Assembly: GCA_964016885.1 (NCBI GenBank)
Contig: CAXHJY010001078.1
Coordinates: 1 to 64,000, forward strand
Reading direction: 5' to 3'
Origin: Eledone cirrhosa
Taxonomy: Eukaryota
DNA length: 64,000 nucleotides
Positions 12,744-26,736 of this stretch are shown here, piece by piece. The notes below the pieces were generated by a model. It saw only the letters and a program-made list of their open reading frames with translations, ran no database searches and was not told the origin of the DNA. Within the stretch, counting starts at the first letter, position 1. Each line of letters starts with the position of its first letter. The translations under genes were made by a program, and so were the position numbers.

Positions 12744-12842
12744 TAGGGTGTCCCCAAAAATGTATACACGCTTCAACATAATTCTAATAATATTGCCTGA
12801 ACAGGCAATCAAAGTGTGTATACATTTTGGGGGGACACCCTG
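12744..12842. mobile_element. Tc1/mariner-type MITE, about 100 bp
   Basis: TIRs (c>t)agggtgtccccaaaaatgtatacac / gtgtatacattttggggggacaccctg with TA flanks. Confidence 0.85.
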
Positions 12843-12877
12843 TATATGTATATATATATGTGTGTGTGTGTGTGTAG

Positions 12878-13020
12878 TGGAGGCACGTGGCCTAATGGTA
12901 AGGGTGTTGGACTTACGATCATAACATCGTGGGTTTGATTCCTGGGTTGCGTGTTGTGTTCTTGAGCAAAACACTTCATTTCATGTTCCTCCAGTATACT
13001 CAGCTGAAAATGAGTATCAG
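12878..13020 (+). mobile_element. tRNA/CORE-like SINE head
   Basis: ggaggcacgtggcctaatggtaagggtgttggac...gtgttgtgttcttgagcaaaacacttcatttcatg. Confidence 0.75.
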
Positions 13021-13471
13021 TAACTGCTGAGGATTTAACTCTGCAATGGACTGCCATCAAATATTCATTAAATTTCCTCAACTTTAGAGACATCAGGTTG
13101 TTATCAGAACAATATTCTAATAAAAAGTATTTGATGTCGCTGGATAAAGTGGTTACACTGATATTGCAAAAACATTGCACACAGTAGACACTCTAATGTG
13201 GTTATATTAGGACGGGCATCCATCCATAGAAACCATGCTAAATATGTAATGTATGAGCAAGATGAGGTTGCTCCAATATGTTTGGTCTTGGACAGCAACA
13301 CTTTATCATTTATCTCTCATTATGTTTCTCAATAAGAAATTGGCTTTGATTTTGTCCTAGAGATTAATAGGCTCTGCCAAGTTTAAAATGCCGAAGACAC
13401 GCTGTGTGTGAGGGCATGGCACTCACAACTCCACCAGGAGTTAAACATACATTTCTTGCCTTTCGAAATGT

Positions 13472-13790
13472 ATCATCATCATCGTTTAATGTCTATCTTC
13501 CACGCTAGCATGGGTTAGACGGGAATTATCCCACTTATGGCAAGATTGGTCAGGGGACCGTGTCTCGCTCGTATAGGGCTATCTGGCAAGTTTTCTATGG
13601 CTGGATGCCCTTCCTAACACCAACCACATTTACAGTGTGGACTGGGAACTTTTTACCATGTTACCTACATGGCCACATTACAGCATGGACTGTGTGTTTT
13701 TTTTGTCGTGGCACCTATACGACCTCATTAGTTTGGACTGGATGTTGTGGTACCAACATAACTTTACAGACAAAGGGATGGTGTTGGTTT
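13472..13790 (-). mobile_element. Non-coding RTE-related 3' module
   Basis: Same family as 2892-3258 and 28240-28610; (gat)n tail at 13472-13482. Confidence 0.8.
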
Positions 13791-14828
13791 GAGTATATAA
13801 GAGAAAGAATGAGATGCAACATTGTTGCATATATATTTATCTACATAAATATAATTGTGTATATATATGCTTCAGTGCGTCTTTTTCTCTGTATATTTAT
13901 ATGTATATATATATATATTTATATGTATATATATATATATTCATATCTATGAAGCTGTTTTTATGAACAGTTTCTTCAGAGGCTTCAGCATTCTTTGTGT
14001 GCATGACTAATGTATGCAGCAAGTTTCATTGTTTTAGTCTATTCAGTCAGATGGCATATAATGAAATAAATAACATTTAATTTAAAAATATATTTTAATG
14101 GAAAACTTTTTCTTTTTCTGAAACAATTATTTAAGCAATTTTCATTTTCCCTGTTTTATATCCATTTTTCTAGATTTACATATTGGGATGGTTTATTTAT
14201 TGGAGAAAATTTTTATGTCCTTTCTGATAACCACTCAAGTAAGATTTAGGAGTGGTGGTTTCTTTTTATTCATTAAGGCAAACTGTAGCAACATTATCAA
14301 GGAAAATGTTATGAACTAGTGGTACTGGTGAAAATTTCATGTTTTATAAATGTCCTAATTTCTATATTGATTCATCACCATCATCAACTTTCCCTGCTAG
14401 TAAGGATTGAAGAGGTCATCAGCAGACTGGGTTGGTACTCAATTGGAGCTGTTGACTTCTCAGATGGGTTGAAGTCATGTATCTTGCTTACATTCAATCT
14501 CACACTCTACTGAGTCCATCTTATCATGGCATCAACACTAGAGAGGTTATGTCAGAGACTCAATTTTATTAGTTGTGTTTTAGTATATTAGTAAGTCAGT
14601 GAAGAAAGATCAGTGTTTATAACATTTGCTGGTTTCCTTTCACTGGTCAGGTTTATGTAGCCACCTACCATTTCTTGATCTGAATATCTGCAGAGAAACT
14701 GGAGGAGGAGAGGAATTGGAGGGTCGAGTAGCTGATCTGTATGTTTGCAATGTAATAAACTACACTAAATGAACCCAAAGATAAGGTGGTGGTATTAAAC
14801 TGGTTGGTGTATGAATGAATTGATTTAA

Positions 14829-15254
14829 CACTTTAGCATTTAATATGGCTGTATCCGGCTGGAATTCTCTCACCTCTTTCTGTTCAAACTGGCCATAACT
14901 GTCTGCTTATATTGATGCTGAGGTATTGTTCTCAAAATACTTAACATCAAAATTTCGTAGATTCAATATTATGTGAGATAATATGTATGATAAAGCCTTT
15001 CCCACAAAAATACAAAAGTATAAATAGAGTAATTGTTTCTACTTTTGGCACAAGGCCAGCAATTACCCAGTACATTACTGGTACTTTATTTTATCGACCC
15101 CGTAAGGATGAAAGGCAAAGTTAACCTCAGCGGGATTTGAACTCAGATCGTAAAGGGACCCAACTCTTTGCGTCAAAGCATGGCATCCGACCCTCTACTG
15201 ATACTGCCAATCCACCGCCCTTAGTATAAATATAGTAATGTAAATGTTTAAGGG
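14829..15254. mobile_element. piggyBac-like MITE (TTAA flanks) interrupted by a SINE A
   Basis: ttaa|cactttagcattt ... aaatgtttaaggg|ttaa; body homologous to 32377-32577. Confidence 0.75.
15030..15223 (-). mobile_element. SINE family A with TSD
   Basis: Flanked by agtataaata(g/t)agtaat on both sides. Another copy lies at 15296-15491. Confidence 0.9.
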
Positions 15255-18200
15255 TTAATATATTTCTGCTTATCGAGACTGTGTGCTTCTACCATTATAA
15301 TGGTTTCTGACTTAGGCACAAGGCCAACAAATTTTGGGGAGGGGAAAGTCGATTAAATAGACCCAGTACATTACGGGTTCATTTTATTGACCCCTTAAGG
15401 ATGAAAGGCAAAGTTAATCACCATGGGATTTGAACTCAGCACACAACATGCTGAAACTTTATGCTGCAAAGCATGGTGTCCAACGCCCTACCTGTGAACA
15501 TATAGTATTACAGAGATGCAGACACATCTAACAGATTGCTTTGTTCTACATTCTCTGAGTAGCCTCCCTTTGGCTATTATCTCCCCACACATGTCCTCAT
15601 TTATTCTGCTATTATATCCTACCTCATGTCAATACACTATGTTAATAACTCCTCCTACCTATACCCTTAGACTCTGCTACTATCTCATCCTAAAGTATGC
15701 AAAATATAGTAGTGTATATTCTCATATGCTACTATCTTTTCTTACCCTAAAATCTTTTTTTCTCTCTATTTTACATTCTCTATTTCATATAATTTATCTT
15801 GTCCCAGACATACATAAATCTAAAATTGATTCCTCCTCGAAACAATAAATTCCACATGCATGTTTACTTTTTCTGAATTGTTACTTCAGATCTACATACA
15901 GATCAATGAATTCCATTATGGCTTCTATTCTAGAATGGAAAGTTAAATGAGGTCTTGATTGCATCTATTTGTAGCCAGCAACAAATTAAAACACTAAAGA
16001 CTACTATGTTTATGTATGTGTGTGTGTATATAAATGGTTTGATAGTTTGTATATGTAATATATATATATATATATATATATATGACTGTGTGTGTGTGTC
16101 ATTATACCCTCACATGCATACATATATGATTACATAAAATAGATGGATATATATTACATTCTTGATAAAAATGTTTACATTTTCTATACACACATCCATG
16201 TGTGTATGATTGCATGTGTGAATAATCACAGGCTTCTGTATGTGTATGTATATTTTGTGCATATGTGTAAGAACACACACACACATATATATTTATATGC
16301 ATATATTTACATATATAAGTGTGTGTATGCATAAGTTATATTTATAAATATGTATAAACTAGTGTATATACTTACATATGCACAACTCTATACATATACA
16401 AGCACATTTACTCAAAAACAAACATGTACCAATTGCCACAAAATTGATAAGTGTAAAATGATTGCATACAATTGTTGTTAAGAATTTCGCAAAACTACTT
16501 GAAGAATTTTTTATTTTACCTCACTTAGAATTGAGTTGCTTTTTCAATAAAGATTTTGGTAGAATCTGTCTTTTATGAATGTATATATATATATATATAT
16601 TACACAAACACACACTCATATATATATTCTTGATCTTTTTTTGTTTTGCTTTTCATATGAAAACGAAATTAAATATTTTAATTTTGAGATTTCTATTGAT
16701 TATTAACAGAAATGCAATTTCTTTGGTGTGTAGCGAAAGTAGTACTGGTTGTGGTGAGGCTTGTTGATTTGAATTGTATATGGTGTTGCAATGTTTATAG
16801 CAGAGTACTGAGAGAGAAGTGTTAAACAGATTTGATGTTTGCTGTTGTGTTACTGGGGGATTGTAATCATGATGGAGTTGGTCGTAGTTGAAAGGTTTAA
16901 TTTTGATGCTGGTAACTATATTGCTTCTGTGGTGTATGTAGTTATTATTGTATCAACGGAAGCAATGATAATAATTCACCTGACAAAATGATAGTACTGA
17001 ACAAGATATCCTTTTTTTTTTTATTCTAGAGGCTGAATAGATTATGATGATGGTGATTGATATTAATGGTTGCAGTTATTCTGTTATTGTTGTTATTAAA
17101 TTGGCAAAATCATTAGTGTCAGACAAAATACCTTGTAGCATTTGTTTTGGATCTTTGAGTTTCGTGTTCAAATAACACTGAGGTCAAATAGTATATATTT
17201 AGTAGCATATTACCTTACAATATATATTTTTGATTGACAATTCTTATCAACAACATCGTTTCTACATCTGTTTCTTTTATACTTTCATAGATTGGATGGG
17301 TCCTCTCATAAACATCATCTTGCCACTTATTGAGTTCCCATGTGACTTCTTTTATGAGGTTCAGCATCCTGAGATGCATTCACCATTTCTGTCCATGTCT
17401 CCCATAGCTTCCTTCCTCACTTCTTCATCCAACTATTAACATCTATATTACATTGGATGTCCTTACCAGAACAGTTTTGTCTCTTATACTCAGTTTATAT
17501 CTCAAATCATTTGAGCTCTGTCGATCATCCATATTATTGCCTTCATCTTTTTTGTGATCAATACAATAAAGCATTAGTTAACTCCTGGATTGAAATTAAT
17601 TGCCCTCCCCCCTCCCATACACTTCTGGCCTTCTATCTAAATTAGAATCCAGTGTGATTATTGATTTTTATAGTAAATGTAATAATAATTACTAGTTGGA
17701 ATAATAATACAAATATCTCCAGGATCCCACCAACTTACAATTCATAACAACAATGATATATTTGACAACCACCAAATGTAAATAACTAACAAAAGACAGC
17801 TATATATATATGTTAAGATCATCATTGGCAAGTTACACATTGATTAAACAATGAAGTATTCACTGTAGCTCTTGAAAACTGTTTGTCTATAATAGTGGGT
17901 AGGTGTGTTTGTGTGTGTTTGCAGGGTGAAGTTGTGGTTGTGTTTATATGTTTGAATATACATGTATATGTTTCATATTGGTATATATTCATCAATGCAT
18001 ATACATGTCTCTGTGTACATACTGGTATATATATTCATCAATGCATATACATGTGTGTGTGCAGAGATTTGTGGTTGTGTTTATATGTATGTGCAAATGC
18101 ATATATATTCATCTGCGTGTGTGTGTGTTTATATTTTGTTTACATGTGTATATGTATATAGCCATTTTCCATAATGAAACAAAAGAGAAAACAAAATGTT

Positions 18201-21200
18201 TGTACTTAAAGAAGGGGGCAATCTAAAGACATATCTGCCCTGCAATAGAAATATTCCATAGCTACAATTTTGTGTAATAGATTGGATAAAAGGAATATTA
18301 ATTTGGTAACAATATGACCAAATTTAATTGAGCAAAACTATGCTCATTGTGTTTGCATGTTGAAATATATGTCTAATTGTCTGTGTGAGTGTTTTTTATG
18401 TATGTGTTTTGTTAGTGTGTGTATAACAGTAAAGAAAGTTATATGATGGTCGAAAACCTAATGCAGGATACAGGAAAATACATTTTAGTACTGACTGACA
18501 CTTGTAGTCAACACACTTATGTGTATGCTCTCAGAGAGAGAGAGAGACAGAGTCTTAGAAGCACAAGTTAACTTCAGGCATTTTCCAAAATGTTGGTGTG
18601 AAATATATGGTTACTCTTTATCGTATGTATATATATCTAAATGTATGTGTATATAGAATGTATGCGTAGTTATTTTGTTTCTCTGTAGCGTGTTGACCAA
18701 TTTCATAATTATGATGGTGATATAATTGATGTAACAATGATAGAGTTATTGATAATGAAAAACTTGATGATTCTGATGAGAAATCTATTAAAACAATCCT
18801 ACTAAAATATACTGATAATAATAACAAGGATGATAATGATGTTTATAAGAAATAATCATCAATGAATGAGTTTATATCATTCTTACATCAGTTCTTTCAC
18901 TGAGATGTGTTAACAACTCCATTGTTTCATTACAATTAAAAAAAATATTTTGCATTACATTATTGTACTCTATTACATCTCATGGGTTGTCTGGCTCTGC
19001 AAATATAGATATTCACATTGATTTTTAAAAAAGTAAGTGAATGTCTTGTTCCCTAATAAACATTTTCCATTCATGAAATAAAATTATTGACTCTTTGTAA
19101 GTAAATTAATTAGTGTGCCTTCCTAGAAGAAAATCTAGAAGAAAATAACAGTGATTTCTTTTGACTTGGCATATAGTTATTTTAGAGTTTGTATGCATCA
19201 CTTATTTGGAAGATTTAGCCTCTTTGGCAAAAACACACCCAAAGCTGTGGTTCTATGAAACAAAGCCATCAATTCTAAAGGCTTTCTATTTACATTGACA
19301 CATTCTAACATTCATTTTATACAAAAACCATTTGTTACTTTACAAACACCATCTTGATAATGAAGTAATTTATAAATTTAGTAAATACCTTCAAATTCCT
19401 CATTAATTAATTCAAATACAATATATTTCATTAGAAATATGGTAAAAAGTTGATTAAATCAACATTACTTTAATTATTGCTGAGTTCATCAATCTCTCAG
19501 GAATGAAATTCCAATATGACAACAATAAAATTGATTATCAGAAATATGTGACTTGAACCTAAATTTTGTAAAGCATCCAGTGTTGTACTAGATGGCATTT
19601 ATACTATGCAATTGTAAAGCCAATGAAACAGACTCTATATAGTCACTTGACTTTCTAGAAATAGCAGTCATTAAGTAATAAACATTGACTAGAGATATAC
19701 AAAAGTCAGGATGGCTCTTTGTTGAAATGTCTTTCTTTATAATTTTGATTATCCTGGGATAAATTGGGTCTAAAAATCCTCAGCCTTACAATTGTAATGA
19801 TAAGGCAATTATCTATTATACATCGAGATAACTTTAAAGAAAAGAACTATATGAGGAATAACTCTGAAATAAAATACATATTTACTTGGCTCATTAATCT
19901 ACAAGAGTGAGGATATTTTACTAGGCACAAGTATAATTTGATCAACTGAATCAATTTTAGTATATGTGTAGGGGCAGGCTACCCTTATAAGTGCAAGCAT
20001 AGATAAATAGTTCAGAATTTCATTTAGAAATGATATGGTTCCAGGTTAAATCCCACTGTGTGACACCTTGGCCAATTATAATGTCAAGGTCTGTGTGCAT
20101 GTGTGTCTGGGTTTTTGTTCATACTGTTAGGTCTATATTGTATCCCTTCATAACCTGTAAAATAATGGTTCAACAAACAGAGATAAATGAAATAAGTAAT
20201 AAGGCCAATATGACTGATTAAATTTGCTTACAGCTCAATATCTCAAATCTGTAGGAATAAATCTCTTCCCATTTGAGGGAGGTAAATCTCTAATTTGGGA
20301 TGTGATGAGTTACGACTCGTTCTCTGCCTCCAACTTTGTTGCTTTGGCTGCAAACCTGGGCACCACCATCCCCAAAAGGAGAAGAAGATAAGTAAATACC
20401 AGGGCTTGACCAACTGCTTCCCTTTCATACCGGTTGCCATTGCAACATCATGTGTCCTCAGTCCCTGCACTACTGATTTCCTACATAAAATAGAAAAGAC
20501 AGCAGCCTACTTGATGAAGGGGCCCTGTGAGATGGAGTGACCTTTGCAATGTGTGTCGCTAGCATTCTTCATGGCAATATCTTTTCCATTTCACCCACAA
20601 GGTGTAACTGAAACACCACTCAGACTGGGGTGTAGAGCCTGCCACCCCTTCCTTTCTTTCATTTCTTAATTCCTTTTTTTTCTTACTCCTTTTCTCTTTC
20701 TTTGTCTTCTTATTGTTATGTATATTATACATTATTTTTTTTTTTTATTACTGGACATTTTGTATTGCAATTAATTAAAATTACATTTTAGTCATAAAAT
20801 AATTTATAATTTAAGCTTGTATAGAATGACCACCATAACAAATAAAGATTAAAATAGTATTATGATAATGAAGCTACAAGTGTCTCTGAGGTATCCCACT
20901 CAGAAATGAAACAGAAGACTAACTCGTACAAAACATTACCCTTCTACTATTGCAGCTTACATCACAGTCTTTTTTACTGACAATAACACTGATGATGATA
21001 ATAATAATAACTCCTTTCAGTTTTATTAGAGTTTGGTGTATAGTCAAAAGCAATTGATTTCCCTATGTTATTGGCATTCATTTTATAAACTCTGATAAAA
21101 CAGTCAGCTTCAATGAGATGTGCAATCACAAGCATAAGAGTTGTTGACTTTCTCCCTATTTCTAAGCCAACTTCTTCACATTATCTCATTGGCATAAACA

Positions 21201-21829
21201 GTCTGTGTACTACTCAGTCAACATTTGTGTTGTCTATCTAGTCAACATCAACAATAGCAATGATGATGCTGTTCAACATCAACAATAACAATGAGGAAGT
21301 GTTATAAAAAGAGAAGATGAGGGATATGAAGAAAATTGGAGTAGCAGGAAGCATAAACAGAAGATAATATATATTTTAAAAAACAACAACCAACAAACCA
21401 AACCCCAAAATATAAAATAAAATAAAATAAGGCTATAAAAATGGAAGACAAAGATATTGAACAACAAAAACACCAACAGTAGCAAATTCTTGCACGTATT
21501 AAGAAACAGAGTTTATAAGAAGATAACAAAGATGATGATGATGATGGCAAAGAGGAGAGCAAAGATAGTGAAAACAATGAAGTAGGAGAAAGATTACCAA
21601 CAGCAAATGTTTCACTAGTTAAGAGAAGCTACCAGTCAATTTTAAGTGCATTTTATGACATAGCTCATATTTCTAATTGCCTCGCTTTCTCAACAATTTG
21701 CGGACAATCTTAGAATATATATCATCATCACCACCATTATCATATGTTCGCTTTCCTTGCTAGCAAGGGTTGGATATATATATATATAATATATATAAAT
21801 ATATATCATAAATTATGTCCATAGAATCA

Positions 21830-22491
21830 TTTGATAAAATATATACACTATTTCCTCTCCCAATTAGCATAATTAACCACATAAAAAATCAATTAGACCA
21901 GGCTATAAGAATAAAGGCTCCTATGAAGAAATATTTGATAAATAAACGACAGCAGCCTCTTCGCGGTCAACCGCAATAGAATATTTACCCAACATTTCAA
22001 CAGCATGTAGAAATCGACTAAATATACCGTCAACCATACACAATTAGGTACAAATTTAAAATTTAAAGTTAGAAGAAATGCGTACACTCTTACCATGATT
22101 ATGTCCCTACCCTGGGGTTTCGTTCGCATTTTGAGATATCCTATTAAGGATAAATCTTGAGTATTGAACTCATCAGGAGACAAACTCATAGGACAGGTAA
22201 TTTTCCAAAGCGATCCCTGCCAGAAATAGATTAAAAATGGCAAAGAATCGTGACGTGGCAGTGGTCAAGTTAGAAAGAATGTGATTAGTTGCTTACGGCG
22301 AGTGGGCTGGTTGCTAGAAAGCGCAGCCCAATATTGACCAAATTGCATCTCAACCTAATGGGAGATTATTAAATATAAAGATTTACATATACACAAAGTC
22401 ACAGATATATATGTGGCAACCATTCACGATGTGGCTCTTTGATAAAATATATACACTATTTCCTCTCCCAATTAGCATAATTAACCACATA
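21830..22491 (-). mobile_element. 608-bp non-coding unit bounded by 54-bp direct repeats, carrying a hammerhead (retrozyme or Penelope pLTR-like)
   Basis: tttgataaaatatatacactatttcctctcccaattagcataattaaccacata at 21830-21883 and 22438-22491; microsatellite flanks. Confidence 0.6.
22102..22182 (-). ncRNA. Type I hammerhead ribozyme motif
   Basis: Minus strand reads UGUCUC-CUGAUGA-GUUC-(40 nt with inner hairpin)-GAAC-GAAA-CCC-CA-GGG-UA-GGGACA. All core nucleotides intact, stems I-III pair, GUA triplet. Confidence 0.8.
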
Positions 22492-22555
22492 TTTAACACA
22501 CACACACACATATATATATATGTGTGTGTGTGTGTGTTAAATCATGATGATGAAG

Positions 22556-22627
<72 letters not shown>

Positions 22628-23171
22628 CTTCATCATCATTTAACACACACAACATATATAAAATTTAAACAAATGGAGTTTATTAAATTTCATAGAAATT
22701 AATCTATCGATAAAAGATGTATATACTTTAGAAACTTTTCCTCTTTGAATTTAGATAGATTTAGAGTTAGATACATGCATGCACACACTCATACAGACTT
22801 AAGTCTCAAATCGTAGTTACCTCTAAATATTTTGTGAATAAATATGTGCTTATAAATATATGCATGGGAAAATGGACAATAACATGATAATGATGATGAT
22901 ATATATATATATAGAGGTTATATTGAATGTGTTGGGATACAACAACCAAAATATTTTTATAACTGATATAAAGCACTCAACAAATACGAGGTATAGGAGA
23001 TTCCAACCAGAATGGTTGCATTTTTTAAGGGTATGTCAATATTTATTTATAAAACTAACCTATATTATATTTTATCTGATGAAAGCGCACCATAGTTTGC
23101 TCTGGTAGACCTTGAGATATGTATAATGGAATAAATATAGTTTTATAAATATAGTTTCCATTTGTTAATAT

Positions 23172-23213
<42 letters not shown>

Positions 23214-24480
23214 CAGGGTGCGGACGATATTTGTTCGCAAGATTACTGTCTAGGAAAAAGTAACACAGTAGTTTTATTTTTTAAGATATATTTATCAAAC
23301 TTGGGTCAGTTTGTCTTCATGACTTGTTCTTTCGATCTCACTCGATAAATCCGCCATAGGCTTTGATGATGGCCTCAAGGTGGCCTCGGAACCAGCTACA
23401 GGCCTTTGTCACTGTCCCCTGACTTAAAGGCACTTGTGATCCTGGTCTTCAGATCGTGTTTCATATTGCAGCTAGATCTGTTGGTGTCTCGTTCCACTGT
23501 GCCCTCACAAAGAAGTCGAGGGGGTTGCAGTCAGGCGAGCTGGGAGGCCAGATGAAGTGTGGTCGACGAAGTTCTCTGACAGCCAGGCTTGGGTCTTTCG
23601 GCTGGTATGGCAGGGCGCTGAGTCTTGCTGCCACACGTATGGCCTACCTGCAGCTACCTGGTCGATCCAAGGCTTTACTACCTCGCTCAGAACGCGGATG
23701 TAGCCATTGGTGTTCAGCTTGAGGCCCTCAGGGAAGAAGTGAGGTGGCATGACGTCACCTTCACTGCTGATGACACCTAAGACCAATGTTGTCGCTGGAA
23801 ACTTTGTCTGCATGACTCTGGGCACATCTTTGGATGAGACAGTAAGCCACCTGTTGTTCTGGGAGTTGATCTTCTGGTCTTGGCAGAAGTTTTTCTCGTC
23901 GGAGAAAAACCACAGCCTTTCTGGCTCCAGTGGGTGTTTCAACTTGTTGATCAGCTTCTTTACATGCTTCAGTCACTTTTCTTGCATCGCCTTTGACAGA
24001 AATTGTCCTTTCCTCATCTTGTATTAAACGCGAATGTCTTCATGTACCACCAGCCTAATGAGCTTTTCATCCATGCCTTTCTCCCTTGCAATGGCACGCA
24101 TCGACTTGCTAGGTTCATTGTTGATGATATCCTGAACTTCAGCAAGGAACTCGGGCGTTCTGAAGGCGTCAAATCGTCGATCATGAGTTTTCCTCTCTGA
24201 TGTTTCTTCGTAGTCGAATCCTGAATCTTCCAATTCCTTTCTGACCTTTTCCACCATTCTCCTGCTGATGCTGATAAAGTCTGAAATTTCCTTATTTGTC
24301 CTCCTGGTGCAGATTCCAAGAAGAACTCCGTGTTTCTTCCACAAATTTGGAGGTTCAAAATTATTCATAATCAATTATTCTGAAAATAAATAATGGAAAT
24401 ATAGTCACTGTTTTTATAAAGACAAGAGTGACAACGGAAGTAAAAACAAATTTGCATAAAATTAGCAGTTGAAAATTTAC
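23214..24480 (-). mobile_element. Tc1/mariner superfamily transposon, DD37D (maT)-like, disabled
   Basis: WFFSDEKNF...YVWQQDSAPCHTS...WPPSSPDCNPLD; restoring a short deletion near 23553 gives 37 aa between the last two Asp (inferred). HTH region in ORF 24024-24374; TA|cagggtg terminus at 23214; other TIR not seen. Confidence 0.88.
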
Positions 24481-24485
24481 AACTA

Positions 24486-24700
24486 GCTGTCCATGGGAAC
24501 TTCTGTATGCTAATGACCAGGTTAAAGTAAACTAGGGAAAAACTAAAATGTTAGTAAGTAGGAAAGAAGACAGGACACTGATCCAATCAGAGAAGAGGTC
24601 TTCCTTGATATGTAGAAAAGAAGTAGTTAGGAACTCTACAATTTACCCTGAGAAGGGAATGGGTACACAAGAGGTATAGTAGGATAGCAAGCAGATTAAC
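24486..24700 (+). mobile_element. Degenerate RTE RT fragment
   Basis: ctgtccatgggaacttctgtatgct (CPWELLYA) and agtaagtaggaaagaagacagg match the region 55369-55650. Confidence 0.65.
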
Positions 24701-25910
24701 ATGTTCTATTTTCCAAGATTGCATTAAAACCTCATTGTTTACCACAGACCATGTTAATCACACATATAAAGAAATTTATCTTAAGTCTTTTAATACTAAC
24801 CAACCAGAAACCACTTATAGTCATATAATATAGATCTTCAAATTGTAGCATTCATATTCAAATTAAACATTTCCATCCTAAATTTAATCTTTTGTTAAGA
24901 TATGATCTTTACATTATATTAAAAATAGAAATAATTACTTTACTAAATTCTTCCAGCATATTTTATAACATGTAGATATTTACATGTATTTAATTAGAAA
25001 TAAGGTAATGAAAATAGTTTGACATTAAAACCAAATTTGACATTTGGTTTAAATATATGCTCTGTATTTTTGAGCTCTATGTTGGTAGATAGAGAGGTAG
25101 ATATATATAATAATAATAATGAAATTATTGTGTACAGTGCTCAGGAGCACTAAAACTCGTCAAAGGTGCATGTATAGTACATAGAATAATATACAAATGT
25201 ACAAATGTCAGGGAAGTGAATAGTGTATGAGTCATGATATACATGTGTGCATGTGTATGGAGGGGGAAATTAGGTGTAGTGTTGGCAAATCTCAGGAAGC
25301 ATGAATGTTTTAAAGGATGCAGTGTCTCGACAGCTAATAACTGATGCCAGTAGTTTGGTCCATGCTTCAGCAACTCTGAGCATGAAAAAATGTTTCCGAA
25401 AGTCATGGGAGCTGTGCTGTTTTCTGACTTTGTGGGCATGCCCACGTGCGTTAGACACATGGAAATCAAAAAGGTACTCAGGCTTGTTGTTGGCAAGATG
25501 GTTAATAATTTTGTGGGTGTTTACCAAGTCAGTTGCCAGATGTCGGAGCTTCAATGTATCCATGCCCAGGGAAGCAAGGCGTTCAGAGTATGGTAGATGC
25601 CTGATGGAGTGTATTCGCTTGGTTTCATGTCTCTGAACATTTTCCAGGCGGTCAATGTTCTGAGCAAGATAGGGGTTCCAGACTGGTGATACAATTCTAA
25701 GTGTGGTTGCACCATAGCTATATATAGCTTTAAATAGATAGCTGGAGAGCGGCTGACAAAGGTCTTGCTGAGTGATGCTAAGACACCCTCGGCCTTCTTG
25801 ACAATTTTAGAGACATGCTTTGTCCAACGCAAATCGCTGCTGACAGTAATGCCCAGGTCACGTTCAGAAAAAGACTTCTTGATATTAGTGTTGTGGAGGG
25901 AGTATGCATT

Positions 25911-26700
25911 CAGGTTTTTAGAGCTTTTTGAGTCGTTATGTCAGACTGAATTCCTTGAAATTCTACCTATGTATTAGTCAGTCTCTTCACACCGTAAGCA
26001 AAGAAAATTCAATTTGTTTATGGCCTAGTGCCCGCATTAGGTGAAAACCTGCATTTTTCCTCCTTCATCGAGGAAAATCTTAAAGATTATCCAGCCATCA
26101 GAGTATTCAGTTTATTTTCTTTACATATTGTCCACAAATGCAGTTTTTCCACGATTAGGTCTGTTGGCGGCCCGTGTTCCAAAGTACCTTATCCCACTGC
26201 TAGTATATATATATAAATATACATATATATACATATATAAATGTACATATATATATATATATATATATTTACATATTCATATATTTACATATACATATAT
26301 TATATATAAAAAAGAAAATTTCCCTCTACATGGCTGAATACAATAAATGTAATCTGAGTTTTTTGAATATTAATAATAACATTCTATTCGTTTGCAATTA
26401 TGCAAACAAGCTTCAATGTTATAGCGATGTCAGTAGAATGAACACTTCATTATTGCTCTTTTGTTGGCATGCGAACACAACTGCAGACACTAATGTTTTT
26501 GGGTATAACCCTTCGTCAGTGAGCTGTACTGGTGAAGGGTGATACCCAGAAAAATTAGAGTCTGCAGTTCTGTTCGCATGCCAACACATGAGCAAGAATG
26601 AAGTGTTCATTCTACGGACATGGCTATAAAATTGAGGCTTCTTTTCACAAATGCAAACGAATAGAATGTTATTATTAATATACGAAAAACTCAGATTACA

Positions 26701-26736
<36 letters not shown>

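Noticed and set aside
21300-21620. Acidic/Asn-rich stretch resembling coding sequence (also 56860-57070)
   Set aside because: Decayed trinucleotide repeats with frequent stops.
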